From Bdellovibrionota bacterium (lineage in GTDB: Bacteria > Bdellovibrionota_C > UBA2361 > JBIKWN01), in assembly GCA_044356295.1 (NCBI GenBank), contig JBIKWN010000024.1:1-32912 (forward strand): a stretch of 32,912 nucleotides of DNA, written 5' to 3'. The stretch's first letter is position 1; the number at the start of each line of letters is the position of its first letter. Below, piece after piece: positions 16,776 to 26,957 of this stretch. The translations under genes and the position numbers were made by a program. The notes beneath the pieces were generated by a model. That model was not told the origin of the DNA. It searched no databases and worked only from the letters and a program-made list of their open reading frames with translations.

Positions 16776-16802
16776 CCATCATTTTCAAGATTTTAAGAAT
16801 GC

Positions 16803-18182
16803 TTACTGCATCGATTCAATTTTATCGGTAATCCCAAGCTTATCCATTTTGTACTTAAGAATACGACGAGAAATCCCAAGAAGCTCAGCAGCTCGTGTTT
16901 GAACAAAATTTGTTCGCTTCAAAGCTTTTATAATCATCTCACTTTCAAATTGTCTTTCAGCATCATCAAATTTCAACGAACCAACAAAGGGACTACTTTG
17001 AGCAGCGTCTGACAATGTACGCTCGAAAATCTTGGAAGGTAAATCTTTCGGAGTTATTTCATCAGTCTTAGAAAGCGCTAAAAGGCTTTCAACAAAATTT
17101 TCAAGTTCTCGAATGTTTCCTGACCATTGATAACTAGTCAACTCGTCAAGAGATTCTTTGGTAAAATGAAGCTCTCTTCCATCGTATGATTTAGAAAACT
17201 TTTTCTGAAAATGCTCTAGAAGTAATGGGATATCTTCATATCGCTCTCTGAGTGCAGGCGAATGAATACCGATAACATTTATTCGATAATATAAATCTTG
17301 TCTGAATTTTTTCTCTTGAACCATCTGCTCAAGATGTCGATTCGTTGCGCAAATAATACGTACATCAACAGAGATAGGTTTACTTCGACCAACACGGACA
17401 AATTCTCGCTCCTGTAGGAATCGAAGCAGTTTTACTTGCATGCCAAGTCCTAGCTCACCAATTTCGTCTAGAAATAAAGTTCCACCATCTGCTAACTCAA
17501 TCTGACCAACACGTGTTTCATACGCGTTAGTAAATGAACCTTTTTCGTGACCAAATAGCTCGCTTTCGATTAGTGTTTCAGGAATGGCTGCGCAATTAAT
17601 CGCTATAAATGGCTTTCCTAAACGTCTGCTTTTTTCATGTAATCGACGTGCAATAAGCTCTTTTCCTGTTCCTGACTCTCCGGTGATAAGTACCGTAGTA
17701 TCCTTAGGTGCAACCTGATCAATAGTTTTCAGTACATCGTCAATCAAACGAGAACGACCAATAATAATTGGATCATCTTTAAGCTGTGGAGCAGTAGAAA
17801 CATGTGTTGTTTGAGGAGTTTTATCGAGGAGTGAAAATATAAGATTAGTAAGCGCTGTAATGTCAAAAGGTTTATTCAGAAAATCAGCAGCTCCAATTTT
17901 CATCGCCTCAACTGCGGTCTGTACCGTGCCAGCTCCAGTCAGCATGACCACTGGCATCATCAAACCTTTATTGCGAATAGCTTTTAACACATCGATTCCA
18001 TCCATTGATGGCAAATGTACATCAAGCAGTACTAAATCTGGTTGGGTTGTATCGATTGCTGTTAAAGCCTGATCGCCGTCCTCTGCAGTCTCAACATCAA
18101 AGTGCATTTTTAAAAGTAGTCGAAGCGAGTCACGAATCGCAGCTTCATCATCAACAATTAAAACCTTTTTACGTGATGTCAT
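16803..18182 (-). CDS. NtrC-family (sigma54-type) response regulator
   Basis: Receiver domain (VDDE, LLD, LTG, KPF), AAA domain (GESGTGKE, INCAA, ESELFGHEKG, LFLDEIG, FRQDLYYR, GNIRELEN), Fis-type HTH (AAELLGISRR). Confidence 0.96.
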   Translation of the reverse strand: MTSRKKVLIVDDEAAIRDSLRLLLKMHFDVETAEDGDQALTAIDTTQPDLVLLDVHLPSMDGIDVLKAIRNKGLMMPVVMLTGAGTVQTAVEAMKIGAADFLNKPFDITALTNLIFSLLDKTPQTTHVSTAPQLKDDPIIIGRSRLIDDVLKTIDQVAPKDTTVLITGESGTGKELIARRLHEKSRRLGKPFIAINCAAIPETLIESELFGHEKGSFTNAYETRVGQIELADGGTLFLDEIGELGLGMQVKLLRFLQEREFVRVGRSKPISVDVRIICATNRHLEQMVQEKKFRQDLYYRINVIGIHSPALRERYEDIPLLLEHFQKKFSKSYDGRELHFTKESLDELTSYQWSGNIRELENFVESLLALSKTDEITPKDLPSKIFERTLSDAAQSSPFVGSLKFDDAERQFESEMIIKALKRTNFVQTRAAELLGISRRILKYKMDKLGITDKIESMQ

Positions 18183-18230
18183 GTTACGCTTCTAAAAAAC
18201 AAACTGGAAAAGATGATTTTGATACTAAAG

Positions 18231-19358
18231 TCATTGTTGGTTCTTCCAAGCATTTTCTCGTTTATCAATTTCTGGATCAATTATAATTCGATCAAGAACA
18301 ATACGACCAAATCGGGCATAGATTGTCTCGATACTTGCATTTTTATTATCAGGAACAAGTGGATCGAAGAAATCAGGATGATACCGCATCATATGCTCAA
18401 AGACGGCACGATCATGTTCACTCTTTGATATGATTGCCCAAATACTTCGTCCGACGAAACTAAAGTCTGTTAAACCCCAATCAAGCAAGTGCATAACATA
18501 CTGTCCAGCAGTTAAAAGCTCCTCTGGAGCTGGTGGTCTCTCAAATTGGTATGATCCACCACTATTTCGCATGCGATCCGCAATACCGACAAGATTAGAA
18601 ACTAATTGTGGATGACAGTGAGCCGACAGAATTTTTCTTTCTAGAGTCGAATCAAGGTAAGTCATTTTAACTGGATGAACTCGTCTTAGAAGAGCTTCAT
18701 CAAGTGTCCTGTTAAAGTTTTTAGTAAAGATAACTAACAAATTGTCGGGATTGGCTTCTATAGGCGAGCGAGATTCAAGCCAAATTTTTGCATCTTGAAG
18801 TGGGCCTAAAAAGAAAGTGTCGATTGCACTATCTGGTTTATCAAGTTCATCGACGAGGAAAATAACTGGTTTTTTCTGAGATAAAAGATAGGCACGGGAA
18901 AGTATTCCGAGGTTCATTAAATCAGCTGCGTTGTCCCCGGTTACCTTGCCGGTCATAGCGTTTACCATGGCAAGTGTTGAAGGGGATTCAATTAAATGTG
19001 AAGTATCAATTCCTTTATAACAACTCAGTACGAGCATTTCAGCTCCAGTAATCTTTGCTAGGCTTTTAGCCATGAAACTTTTTCCACATCCGGAAGGACC
19101 TTCTAAAAGAAGACCTCGAATTCGATTATCAGTGGGAGTATTTAAAAGAAGCGCAATCTGCACTGCAAGATAATGCATGCAGTGATAACCAACACGATTT
19201 AACTTCTCAATAAGCTCATTTGGTCCACCGACGTTGTTGAAACCTTTCTCAAATTCAGAAAGTAGATCGGCACCATGCCCTTTTGTTTTTGTTGATTGTT
19301 GCTGAGGAAGGTCAAAACGTCTGACCGCTGCTCGAGCATTATTTCCGTTTTCGTCCAT
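18231..19358 (-). CDS. MoxR/CoxD-like AAA+ ATPase
   Basis: LLLEGPSGCGKS, LSCYKGID, FLVDELDK, FTKNFNRTLDEALLRR. Confidence 0.82.
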   Translation of the reverse strand: MDENGNNARAAVRRFDLPQQQSTKTKGHGADLLSEFEKGFNNVGGPNELIEKLNRVGYHCMHYLAVQIALLLNTPTDNRIRGLLLEGPSGCGKSFMAKSLAKITGAEMLVLSCYKGIDTSHLIESPSTLAMVNAMTGKVTGDNAADLMNLGILSRAYLLSQKKPVIFLVDELDKPDSAIDTFFLGPLQDAKIWLESRSPIEANPDNLLVIFTKNFNRTLDEALLRRVHPVKMTYLDSTLERKILSAHCHPQLVSNLVGIADRMRNSGGSYQFERPPAPEELLTAGQYVMHLLDWGLTDFSFVGRSIWAIISKSEHDRAVFEHMMRYHPDFFDPLVPDNKNASIETIYARFGRIVLDRIIIDPEIDKRENAWKNQQ

Positions 19359-19433
19359 CCTGGATAAGCTGTAAAATTAGAATCTAGTTAAATATAACAC
19401 ATACACTGCTTCGTACAGCCGTAATATGCTTAT

Positions 19434-20327
19434 TTAAGATGTCTCTTTTTTGTAAAAATCTTCAAGAATCTTTACTTTTGAAGATACTGAAATTATGGCA
19501 ATTTTAGCTTTATTTGCGAGTTTTATGACTTCATCTGGATTGAGAATCATTGCCCCACCAGACTCGAGAATTAAAGCAGTTGCTCCAGCATCAATCATTG
19601 TTTGAATTGTATCTACACCAACAGATGGCAGATCGACCCTTTTATCCTGTTGAGGCTTGGGAAGTTTCACAACAACCGACGGTTTTTTTGATGTAAGAGC
19701 TCCAGCACGTTTGATACAAGCATCAGTTCCCTCGATACATTCAAGTGCTACAACGAGCCCGTCAGCAACAACTGCAGTTTGACCAATATCAAGCGACCCT
19801 AAGGTTTTAGCAGCATCCCAACCAACAAGAGCATTCTTTTTCTCATTATCCGAAAGATTTCGTAACGTATAACACCCTTCAGTAGATAAAAAATCTGTAA
19901 GGACGTCACTTGATGAAAAAACAGAAATACCTTCTCGCTCTAATTCTTCAGTAATCGCACGTAAAATTATATCATCTTTAAGACTTCCTGCTCGTCGAAT
20001 CACCTTAAGCGCAGTCCAATCAGGAAAAGCAGAGACGAAAAGTTTTGCACGAGAAATAGCTCCAGTAAAAATTACCTGGCGAACATTTTGTTTTTTTAGA
20101 AATCGAATAATCTTTCCAAGCTGCCCAACTTTTATCCATATAGACGACTCTGATAATGAGCATAGTGTTGGATCGGTTTCACCTTGATGGGCACAAAGGA
20201 ATATTTTTTGTCCGTGTTCAAGAGAGGTCTCAATCAGTTTACGAGGAAATAAGCCACTCCCAGCAACCACAGCGAGAGGAGATTTAAAATCAAATTTTGA
20301 AGATACAGTTTGAGCTTTATCGCTCAT
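19434..20327 (-). CDS. lpxI: UDP-2,3-diacylglucosamine hydrolase LpxI
   Basis: VAGSGLFP, VGQLGK, LDIGQ, ECIEGTD, KPQQDKRVDLPSVG; directly downstream of lpxA. ATG at 20327. Confidence 0.93.
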   Translation of the reverse strand: MSDKAQTVSSKFDFKSPLAVVAGSGLFPRKLIETSLEHGQKIFLCAHQGETDPTLCSLSESSIWIKVGQLGKIIRFLKKQNVRQVIFTGAISRAKLFVSAFPDWTALKVIRRAGSLKDDIILRAITEELEREGISVFSSSDVLTDFLSTEGCYTLRNLSDNEKKNALVGWDAAKTLGSLDIGQTAVVADGLVVALECIEGTDACIKRAGALTSKKPSVVVKLPKPQQDKRVDLPSVGVDTIQTMIDAGATALILESGGAMILNPDEVIKLANKAKIAIISVSSKVKILEDFYKKETS

Positions 20328-20331
20328 GGTG

Positions 20332-21126
20332 TTAATCCTCGTTACTTCTGGTTGAAGCGACACCACGACTGGAATTTTTTATGAAATCAACAAACCGAAC
20401 ACTAAAAGCACTAGCGTTTGTATGATCAAAGTCATTTACTTTGTGAGACAAATTGCCGTCGCTTAAAAATAAATGTCGATATAGTTTTTTAAACTCTTTA
20501 ACGTCGTCTTCTGAAAATCCTGCTCTTTGAAGTCCAATAGCATTAACGCCAATAAGTCTTGCCCTGTCTCCCTGTGCGATGACGCCGGGCGGAATATCTT
20601 GGGTTACCATTGAACCACCACCAATCATGGCAAAACTTCCAATGATAATGAATTGATGAAGACCACTGAGACCGCCAAGTGTTACGCGGTTTTCAATTTT
20701 TACGTGCCCCGCAATTGCAACACTATTTGCAATAACATTATCATCCCCAACAACAGAATCATGTCCAAGATGAGAGCTCACCATAAAGAGATTTCTATTT
20801 CCAACTGTAGTAACCATGCCACCACCCTCTGTTCCTGGTTGTAACGTGACATATTCTCGAATGAGGTTACCGTTTCCTACTCTTAGTTCACTTGGCTCAC
20901 CTTTATACTTAAGATCTTGTGGACGAGTCCCTAAGGCTGTGAAAGAAAAAATATTATTATCATCACCAAAGGATGAATGACCTTCGATGACAGCGTGATG
21001 ATGAACGATATTATTTTTACCGAGCTTTACGTTAGCACCAATAAACGAATATGCACCGATGGTAGAGCCTTCACCGATCTCTGCGCCTTTTTCTACAATA
21101 GCAGTGGGATGTATTGTAACTGCCAT
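20332..21126 (-). CDS. lpxA: UDP-N-acetylglucosamine O-acyltransferase
   Basis: IHPTAIV, hexapeptide repeats, PQDLKYKGE, IREYVT, HLGHD, HQF. ATG at 21126. Confidence 0.97.
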   Translation of the reverse strand: MAVTIHPTAIVEKGAEIGEGSTIGAYSFIGANVKLGKNNIVHHHAVIEGHSSFGDDNNIFSFTALGTRPQDLKYKGEPSELRVGNGNLIREYVTLQPGTEGGGMVTTVGNRNLFMVSSHLGHDSVVGDDNVIANSVAIAGHVKIENRVTLGGLSGLHQFIIIGSFAMIGGGSMVTQDIPPGVIAQGDRARLIGVNAIGLQRAGFSEDDVKEFKKLYRHLFLSDGNLSHKVNDFDHTNASAFSVRFVDFIKNSSRGVASTRSNED

Positions 21127-21131
21127 GGGAA

Positions 21132-21575
21132 TCAACCAACCTCAGCAGCGGTAAGAGAAGTTGAACAGCACATCTGCCCTTCAACAGTAATATTGCCTTC
21201 CATCATAAAAAAGGGTTTTTTACGTTTAATGAAATTGACTTCAATTCGTAGAGTATCTCCAGGCACAACTTGACGTTTCCACTTCAAGTTATTTACAGCA
21301 CAAATCATCATTGTCTTATTTTCCAGCTCCTCTTTTAAGGAAAGGTGCGCGAGCACTGCGCAGGCCTGAGCTATCGCTTCAAGTTGCAAAACTCCAGGCA
21401 TCACGGGAAGTCCTGGAAAGTGACCTTGGAAGAATGGCTCATTGATCGTTACATTTTTAATAGCAACCATTTTTTGGTACGTCACTATTTCAATAACCTT
21501 ATCTACTAAAAGAAAAGGATATCGATGTGGAATAATTTCCTGAATCTGCTGTGCGGATATTACGGTCTCAGTCAT
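21132..21575 (-). CDS. fabZ: 3-hydroxyacyl-ACP dehydratase
   Basis: IPHRYPFLLVD, KNVTINEPFFQGHFP, PGVLQLEAIAQ, VVPGD. Confidence 0.98.
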   Translation of the reverse strand: MTETVISAQQIQEIIPHRYPFLLVDKVIEIVTYQKMVAIKNVTINEPFFQGHFPGLPVMPGVLQLEAIAQACAVLAHLSLKEELENKTMMICAVNNLKWKRQVVPGDTLRIEVNFIKRKKPFFMMEGNITVEGQMCCSTSLTAAEVG

Positions 21576-21597
21576 ACGTTACATTCACTAATGAGTA

Positions 21598-22113
21598 TTA
21601 ATCTATTTTCTTATCGTTTAGAATTTTTATGACTTTATCAGTAAGGTCATACTGGTCATCAATAAAAAGAACAAACCGCTGATCTTTTTCAAGGATTAAT
21701 TTATATGAATTTTCCTTAGCAAGTTCCTTTACGATCTGATCTATCTCTTTAACAATTGTACTAATTGCTTCGTTATTTTTTTTAGCAAGTGCTTCACGAT
21801 TTTCTTGAAAGTTTTTTTGAAACTCTCTGTCTTTATTCATTAAGGTCTCTTGCTTCGATTTTATTGCATCTTTTGAAAGTACTGATGCTTGTTTATCAAG
21901 ATCTGCCTTTAATGCTTTAAGATCATTTTGAGCTTTCGTTAGAGATCCCTCTCTCTTTTTTAACTCAACTTCCATATCAGCTTTTGCAGCTTTCCCCATG
22001 ATGGATTCACTGATAATTTTTTGCATATCAACGACATACACTGGTTCAGAAGCAACAACTGGCTGCGCATGAACCAAGGCTAACAATGCTAACAAATACA
22101 GAACTTTTTTCAT
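21598..22113 (-). CDS. skp: Periplasmic chaperone Skp/OmpH
   Basis: Signal peptide, VVDMQKI, long coiled coil, YKLILE...DLTDKVI; next to fabZ. Confidence 0.92.
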   Translation of the reverse strand: MKKVLYLLALLALVHAQPVVASEPVYVVDMQKIISESIMGKAAKADMEVELKKREGSLTKAQNDLKALKADLDKQASVLSKDAIKSKQETLMNKDREFQKNFQENREALAKKNNEAISTIVKEIDQIVKELAKENSYKLILEKDQRFVLFIDDQYDLTDKVIKILNDKKID

Positions 22114-22133
22114 AAAACTCCTTAAGGTTTTGA

Positions 22134-23198
22134 TTATGCTATAGTAACTTCTTTTGATAGATATACGTCTTGAATATGATTGAGGAGCTTCATCCCTTCA
22201 TTCATTGGGCGCTGGAATGCTTTTCTTCCTGATATAAGACCCATACCACCAGCTCTTTTATTAACAACTGCAGTCAGAACTGCATCAGAGAAGTCATTAT
22301 CGCCTGAAGCTCCACCGCTATTAATCAGACCAACTCTTCCCATATAACAATTTGCTACCTGGTAACGACAAAGATCAATTGGATGATCTGTTGTTAGTTC
22401 ACTGTATACACGTTTATCAGTTTTTCCGTAGCTCTTGCCTCCGGCATTCATCGCAGGATAACCACCGTTATTTTCAGGAAGTTTTTGCTTTATGATATCA
22501 GCCTGGATTGTAACACCGAGATGATTTGCTTGACCGGTAAGATCTGTTGAAACGTGATAGTCTTTATCAGTTTTAAAACCACTACTTCTTAAATAGCACC
22601 AGAGAACAGTTGCCATTCCAAGCTCATGAGCAAGAGCAAAACTTTCTGCAATTTCTGTAATTTGGCGTGTTGACTCTGGTGAGCCAAAATAAATAGTCGC
22701 CCCAACTGCAGCAGCTCCCATGTCAGCAGCTTCTTTCACTTTGCCAAAAAGAACTTGGTCAAATTTATTGGGAAGAGTCATCAATTCGTTGTGATTAATC
22801 TTAACAATAAATGGTATGCGATGCGCAAATTTACGGGAAACCAAGCCAAGGACACCGAAAGTTGATGCGACTGCATTGCACCCACCTTCCATAGCGAGTT
22901 TCACAATGTTTTCAGGATCGAAATAAACAGGATTTTTAGCAAAACTTGCACCTGCAGAGTGCTCTATACCTTGATCAACGGGAAGAATTGAGACATATCC
23001 TGTATTTGCCAAACGCCCAGTTCCATGAATTCTTTGAAGATTGGAAAGCACTCGATTATTACGATTAGAAGTTGTAAAAATTTCGTCTACAGATCTTGGA
23101 TTAGGAAGATAGATTGAAGATGCAGGAATCGTTTGACAGCGGTGACTTAAAAGATTCTCAGCCTGGCTACCAAGAAGTGACTCAATTTCTTTAATCAT
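22134..23198 (-). CDS. fbaB: Class I fructose-bisphosphate aldolase (DhnA type)
   Basis: [55 protein letters not shown]. Confidence 0.97.
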   Translation of the reverse strand: MIKEIESLLGSQAENLLSHRCQTIPASSIYLPNPRSVDEIFTTSNRNNRVLSNLQRIHGTGRLANTGYVSILPVDQGIEHSAGASFAKNPVYFDPENIVKLAMEGGCNAVASTFGVLGLVSRKFAHRIPFIVKINHNELMTLPNKFDQVLFGKVKEAADMGAAAVGATIYFGSPESTRQITEIAESFALAHELGMATVLWCYLRSSGFKTDKDYHVSTDLTGQANHLGVTIQADIIKQKLPENNGGYPAMNAGGKSYGKTDKRVYSELTTDHPIDLCRYQVANCYMGRVGLINSGGASGDNDFSDAVLTAVVNKRAGGMGLISGRKAFQRPMNEGMKLLNHIQDVYLSKEVTIA

Positions 23199-23272
23199 AA
23201 AAGCTTCCTTATTAAGTAATAATTACAAAAGTTTATAAACCGGAGCGGAGTATACATAAAAAAAAGAGATCT

Positions 23273-23803
23273 TTAAACACCGTCTTGTCCATAAGGCAAA
23301 CTCGATTGTGGAACGAATAATGACCCTATTGAAATGCCTTTTTTAGAGGATAATCCACCTTGAATCTCTATAACATACTGAGCGCTAAGCCCATTCGAAG
23401 CACGAGATTCAAGAGTAAGAGGGACAGCATTTTCGACAATCCATATGACCGACAGATTGCTGTCTAGATAGATGATATCAAGAGGAATAAGGGTATTTTT
23501 CATCCAAAAGGACCTCGGTTTTGCATTTGGATAAATAAATATCATCCCCCTATCCTCAGCGAGCTCGCTTCGATACATCAAACCGATCTCTCGTTGATAT
23601 TCAGTACTGGCAACTTCAAGGCTAAGGGCGAGTAGTTCTTTATTATCAGGAGTAGTAAAACTTCCAGCTACTCTTTGTTGATTGGAATCGTTTGAATTGC
23701 GACAGCCAATAATATGAAAAGGGATCGTTGCAATCAGAACAAGTATAAAAAAGAAAGAGTGAATAGCTGATAGCTTACTCTTTCTTTTTTTACTTTTTAG
23801 CAT
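23273..23803 (-). CDS. DUF192-family protein, possible lipoprotein
   Basis: EVA...REIGLMYR, GMIFIY, FWMKNTLIPLDIIY, YVIEI.GG; hydrophobic N-terminus ending IIGC. Confidence 0.92.
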   Translation of the reverse strand: MLKSKKRKSKLSAIHSFFFILVLIATIPFHIIGCRNSNDSNQQRVAGSFTTPDNKELLALSLEVASTEYQREIGLMYRSELAEDRGMIFIYPNAKPRSFWMKNTLIPLDIIYLDSNLSVIWIVENAVPLTLESRASNGLSAQYVIEIQGGLSSKKGISIGSLFVPQSSLPYGQDGV

Positions 23804-24749
23804 CAAGCACCTTTTGGGTCAGCTCTGGAACGGCTGAATAAAGATCGGCAACAAGTCCATAATCGGTTATTTCAAAGATTGGAGCATCTGCATCCTTGTT
23901 TATTGCAACAACTTTTTTAGAATCTTTCATTCCAGCTAAGTGCTGTATTGCTCCAGAGATACCAACGGCTACATAAAGATCTGGCGCAACAATTTTACCA
24001 GTTTGTCCAACTTGCCAATCATTTGGTGCATACCCTGAATCAACAGCAGCACGCGAAGCTCCAATTGCAGCGCCAAAGGCATCAGCTAAAGGAAAAATAT
24101 ATTTTTCAAAATTCTCTGCGGACTGGAGCGCCCTACCGCCACTCACTACAACTCTGGCATCACCAAGTTCAGGTCGTTCTGCTTTCACTACATCAACTTT
24201 TTCAACGATACCAAGCGTAGCTTGTGGAAAAGATACTGTAGATTTTTCAAGTGGAACAGTTGCTGGTGGAGGAGTTTCTGAAAAACTCGAAGACCGAACG
24301 GTAATGACTTTTCTCTCAGTTTCTATCGAAACATCTGCTAGAATATCACCTGCATACATTGGACGACGCAGCGTTTTATCAGAATTCACTTGAATGATAT
24401 CAGAGGCTTGACCTGCTCCTAATTTTTGGGCAAGTACTGGAGCAAAATCCTTTCCGCTACTACTAGAAGTAGTAATAAAAACAGAAAAATTTCCAGCGTT
24501 CATTAATTCAAAGATTACATTCGAATACTGTTCAAAAAAATATTTAGATGATAACGGATCGTCAACATACATAAGTTTATCGAGCCCGCTTACAGAGGCC
24601 TTTTTTGCAGTCTCTTCTGAGCCAAATACAAGACCTGTAATGGTCGCATACCCAAAGGTCTCTTTAACTTTAACGGCGGCTTCAACTGCAGCAAAAGAAC
24701 TTTTAGAAAATTGCCCATCTGTAGATTGAATTAAACATAGAATACTCAT
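23790..24749 (-). CDS. etfA: Electron transfer flavoprotein alpha subunit
   Basis: [43 protein letters not shown]. Confidence 0.97.
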   Translation of the reverse strand: MSILCLIQSTDGQFSKSSFAAVEAAVKVKETFGYATITGLVFGSEETAKKASVSGLDKLMYVDDPLSSKYFFEQYSNVIFELMNAGNFSVFITTSSSSGKDFAPVLAQKLGAGQASDIIQVNSDKTLRRPMYAGDILADVSIETERKVITVRSSSFSETPPPATVPLEKSTVSFPQATLGIVEKVDVVKAERPELGDARVVVSGGRALQSAENFEKYIFPLADAFGAAIGASRAAVDSGYAPNDWQVGQTGKIVAPDLYVAVGISGAIQHLAGMKDSKKVVAINKDADAPIFEITDYGLVADLYSAVPELTQKVLDAKK

Positions 24750-25495
24750 AACACTTTTGCCTCATCTTTAAGAATTGAAACAAGCTCAGTAACATCAGCA
24801 ACTTTTCTTCCTGCTTGCTTTTTATCGGGAAGTGACATGCGATGAATTTTTATTTTTGTTGCAGTATCAACTCCAATACTTTCGAGAGTAAATTCTTCAA
24901 GAGGTTTCTTTTTCGCTTTCATAATACCTGGAAGCGAAGCATATCGAGGAGTGTTAAGTCTCAAGTCTGTCGTTACAACACACGGCATAGGAATTAAAAC
25001 AGTTTCGAGTCCACCATCAACCTCTCTTACAACTCTTGCTTTTCCATTTTCAAATTCTAATTTAGAAGCAAAGCATCCCTGTGGAATTCCGAGAAGAGAA
25101 GCAAGAAGCTGACCTGTTTGACTTGCGTCAGAATCAATGGATTGTTTACCCATTATCACAAGGCCGTATGATCCTTTCTGGTAAACAGCAGCAAGGGCAC
25201 GCGATGCTAAATCTGAATCGACAAAGAGATCAGTTTTTACATGAAGTGCAGAATCCGCACCCATCGCCATCGCATAACGAAGCTGCTGACTTGCATCTTC
25301 TGGTCCAACTGTAATAACAACAACTTCAGTCGCATTACCTGCATCTCGAATTTTAATTGCTTCCTCAACCGCAATTTCATCAAAGGGATTTACTATCCAC
25401 TTAATGCCGTCTGTTTCAATTCCAGAACTATCAGATTTAACTTTAACTTTTGTCTGATAATCAGGAACACGTTTTATTGGTACAAATATCTTCAT
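24746..25495 (-). CDS. etfB: Electron transfer flavoprotein beta subunit
   Basis: KRVPD, NPFDEIAVEEA, AMGAD, GKQSID, REVDGG, PRYASLPGIMKAKKK. Confidence 0.97.
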   Translation of the reverse strand: MKIFVPIKRVPDYQTKVKVKSDSSGIETDGIKWIVNPFDEIAVEEAIKIRDAGNATEVVVITVGPEDASQQLRYAMAMGADSALHVKTDLFVDSDLASRALAAVYQKGSYGLVIMGKQSIDSDASQTGQLLASLLGIPQGCFASKLEFENGKARVVREVDGGLETVLIPMPCVVTTDLRLNTPRYASLPGIMKAKKKPLEEFTLESIGVDTATKIKIHRMSLPDKKQAGRKVADVTELVSILKDEAKVL

Positions 25496-26292
25496 GGTTT
25501 TTTCACCTGAGCACTAAGAAAAAATAAAACACCTGCTGCGACTGCAGTAGTTGCACCGGGAGGGGTATCTAAAGTCCAAGAGCAAAGAATGCCAATCGAG
25601 ACCGAGACAACACCTACCATTGTCGATGCTATCACTGCTTGAGTAATCGATCGAGATCTTGGAATTGCAATAGCTCCAGGAACAGTTAAAAGGGTAGTTG
25701 TTAAAAGTGCCCCACAAACCTTCAAAGAAGCCACCACAACTAGGGCAATGACGATATAAAGAGCTGTTAAATAGAGCTTTGGAGAGAATCCCTGCCTTTT
25801 AAAGAACCCCTCATCTATTAAAAACAGAGAAAGTGGTCGTCTAAATAAATAATACAAGAGGAATAAAGCCAACGTTAAAAGACTCAAGAATAATCGATCC
25901 TGAGCAGTAATGAGTAAAAGGTTTCCGAATAGTACTTCATGTATCGACACTTGCTGTTGATGATTTGCTTGGAAAACGATAACCCCTAAACCTAAAAACA
26001 ACGAGAAAAGTACTGCAAGGATTACATCACTTCGGTGGCGAAGTCGCTGGTCAGCTAGAGCTAGAAGTATCGAAGCAAAAAGAGCAAACAGCAAAGAACC
26101 TAACCAAGGGGAAGCGCCTACTAATCCAGCAAGAGCAATTCCTAGTAAAGATCCATGACCAAGACCTTCACCTAAAAAACTAAGATGTCTAGAAACGACA
26201 AAAACACTGACCATGCCAGTAATAAGACCAATCAGAATGGTCGAAAAAAGAATCTGCAAAAAATAACGGTCAGAGAAAAGTTCTAACAGCAT
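25492..26292 (-). CDS. Zn/Mn ABC transporter permease (ZnuB-like)
   Basis: SFLGEGLGHGSLLG, LFGNLL, KVCGALL..LL.VP, DTPPGAT; multiple TM helices. Confidence 0.92.
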   Translation of the reverse strand: MLLELFSDRYFLQILFSTILIGLITGMVSVFVVSRHLSFLGEGLGHGSLLGIALAGLVGASPWLGSLLFALFASILLALADQRLRHRSDVILAVLFSLFLGLGVIVFQANHQQQVSIHEVLFGNLLLITAQDRLFLSLLTLALFLLYYLFRRPLSLFLIDEGFFKRQGFSPKLYLTALYIVIALVVVASLKVCGALLTTTLLTVPGAIAIPRSRSITQAVIASTMVGVVSVSIGILCSWTLDTPPGATTAVAAGVLFFLSAQVKKP

Positions 26293-26957
26293 CGACTCTC
26301 CTCAAATGATTTCTTAGTAAGAACTTCATCCTCAATAACATATACCCAATCAACTGGGAGGCTAATGTGATGTAAATCATGTGTCGCTAATAGCACCGAG
26401 CAATGATTTTTAATATTTTGTATAACGCTCATAACAGAGCTCTGATTTTTTACATCGATTCCAGAGGTTGTCTCGTCGAGAAGAAGTAATCGAGGCTGTC
26501 CAATAAGTTCCCGAGCAATAGTTGCACGTTGAAGCTGCCCAACAGACAGATGTGAGAGCACTTCAGATTCTATCTCGTAAAGACCTAAGTCATGGATGAG
26601 CGAAGAGGCGTGGTCTTCTACTTCTTTTGAAAAGCTATTCCAAATACCAGTTAACCTTGATGCACCCAGTAAAATATATTCACGAACAGTTATAGGAAGA
26701 TATTGTGGAATGATGACTCGCTGCGGCACATAACCAATTCTTTGTGAAGCTGATACAGATTCATCCTTAGAAAATGATAAAGCCCCACTCATTAATTCAA
26801 TTTCAGTTGCAAGCGTTGACAGTATCGTTGATTTTCCAGCGCCATTTCCTCCTAAGAGAAGATTAAATGTATTTTGTGGAATGTGAAAATCAGAGGCAGT
26901 AGCAACAACACGCTGAGGAAATCCAAACACACATTGAGCTGACCAAACGACATCCAT
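26283..26957 (-). CDS. Zn/Mn ABC transporter ATPase (ZnuC-like)
   Basis: GGNGAGKST, IGYVPQ, LSVGQLQR, LLLDETTSGID, THDL. Confidence 0.9.
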   Translation of the reverse strand: MDVVWSAQCVFGFPQRVVATASDFHIPQNTFNLLLGGNGAGKSTILSTLATEIELMSGALSFSKDESVSASQRIGYVPQRVIIPQYLPITVREYILLGASRLTGIWNSFSKEVEDHASSLIHDLGLYEIESEVLSHLSVGQLQRATIARELIGQPRLLLLDETTSGIDVKNQSSVMSVIQNIKNHCSVLLATHDLHHISLPVDWVYVIEDEVLTKKSFEESRCC

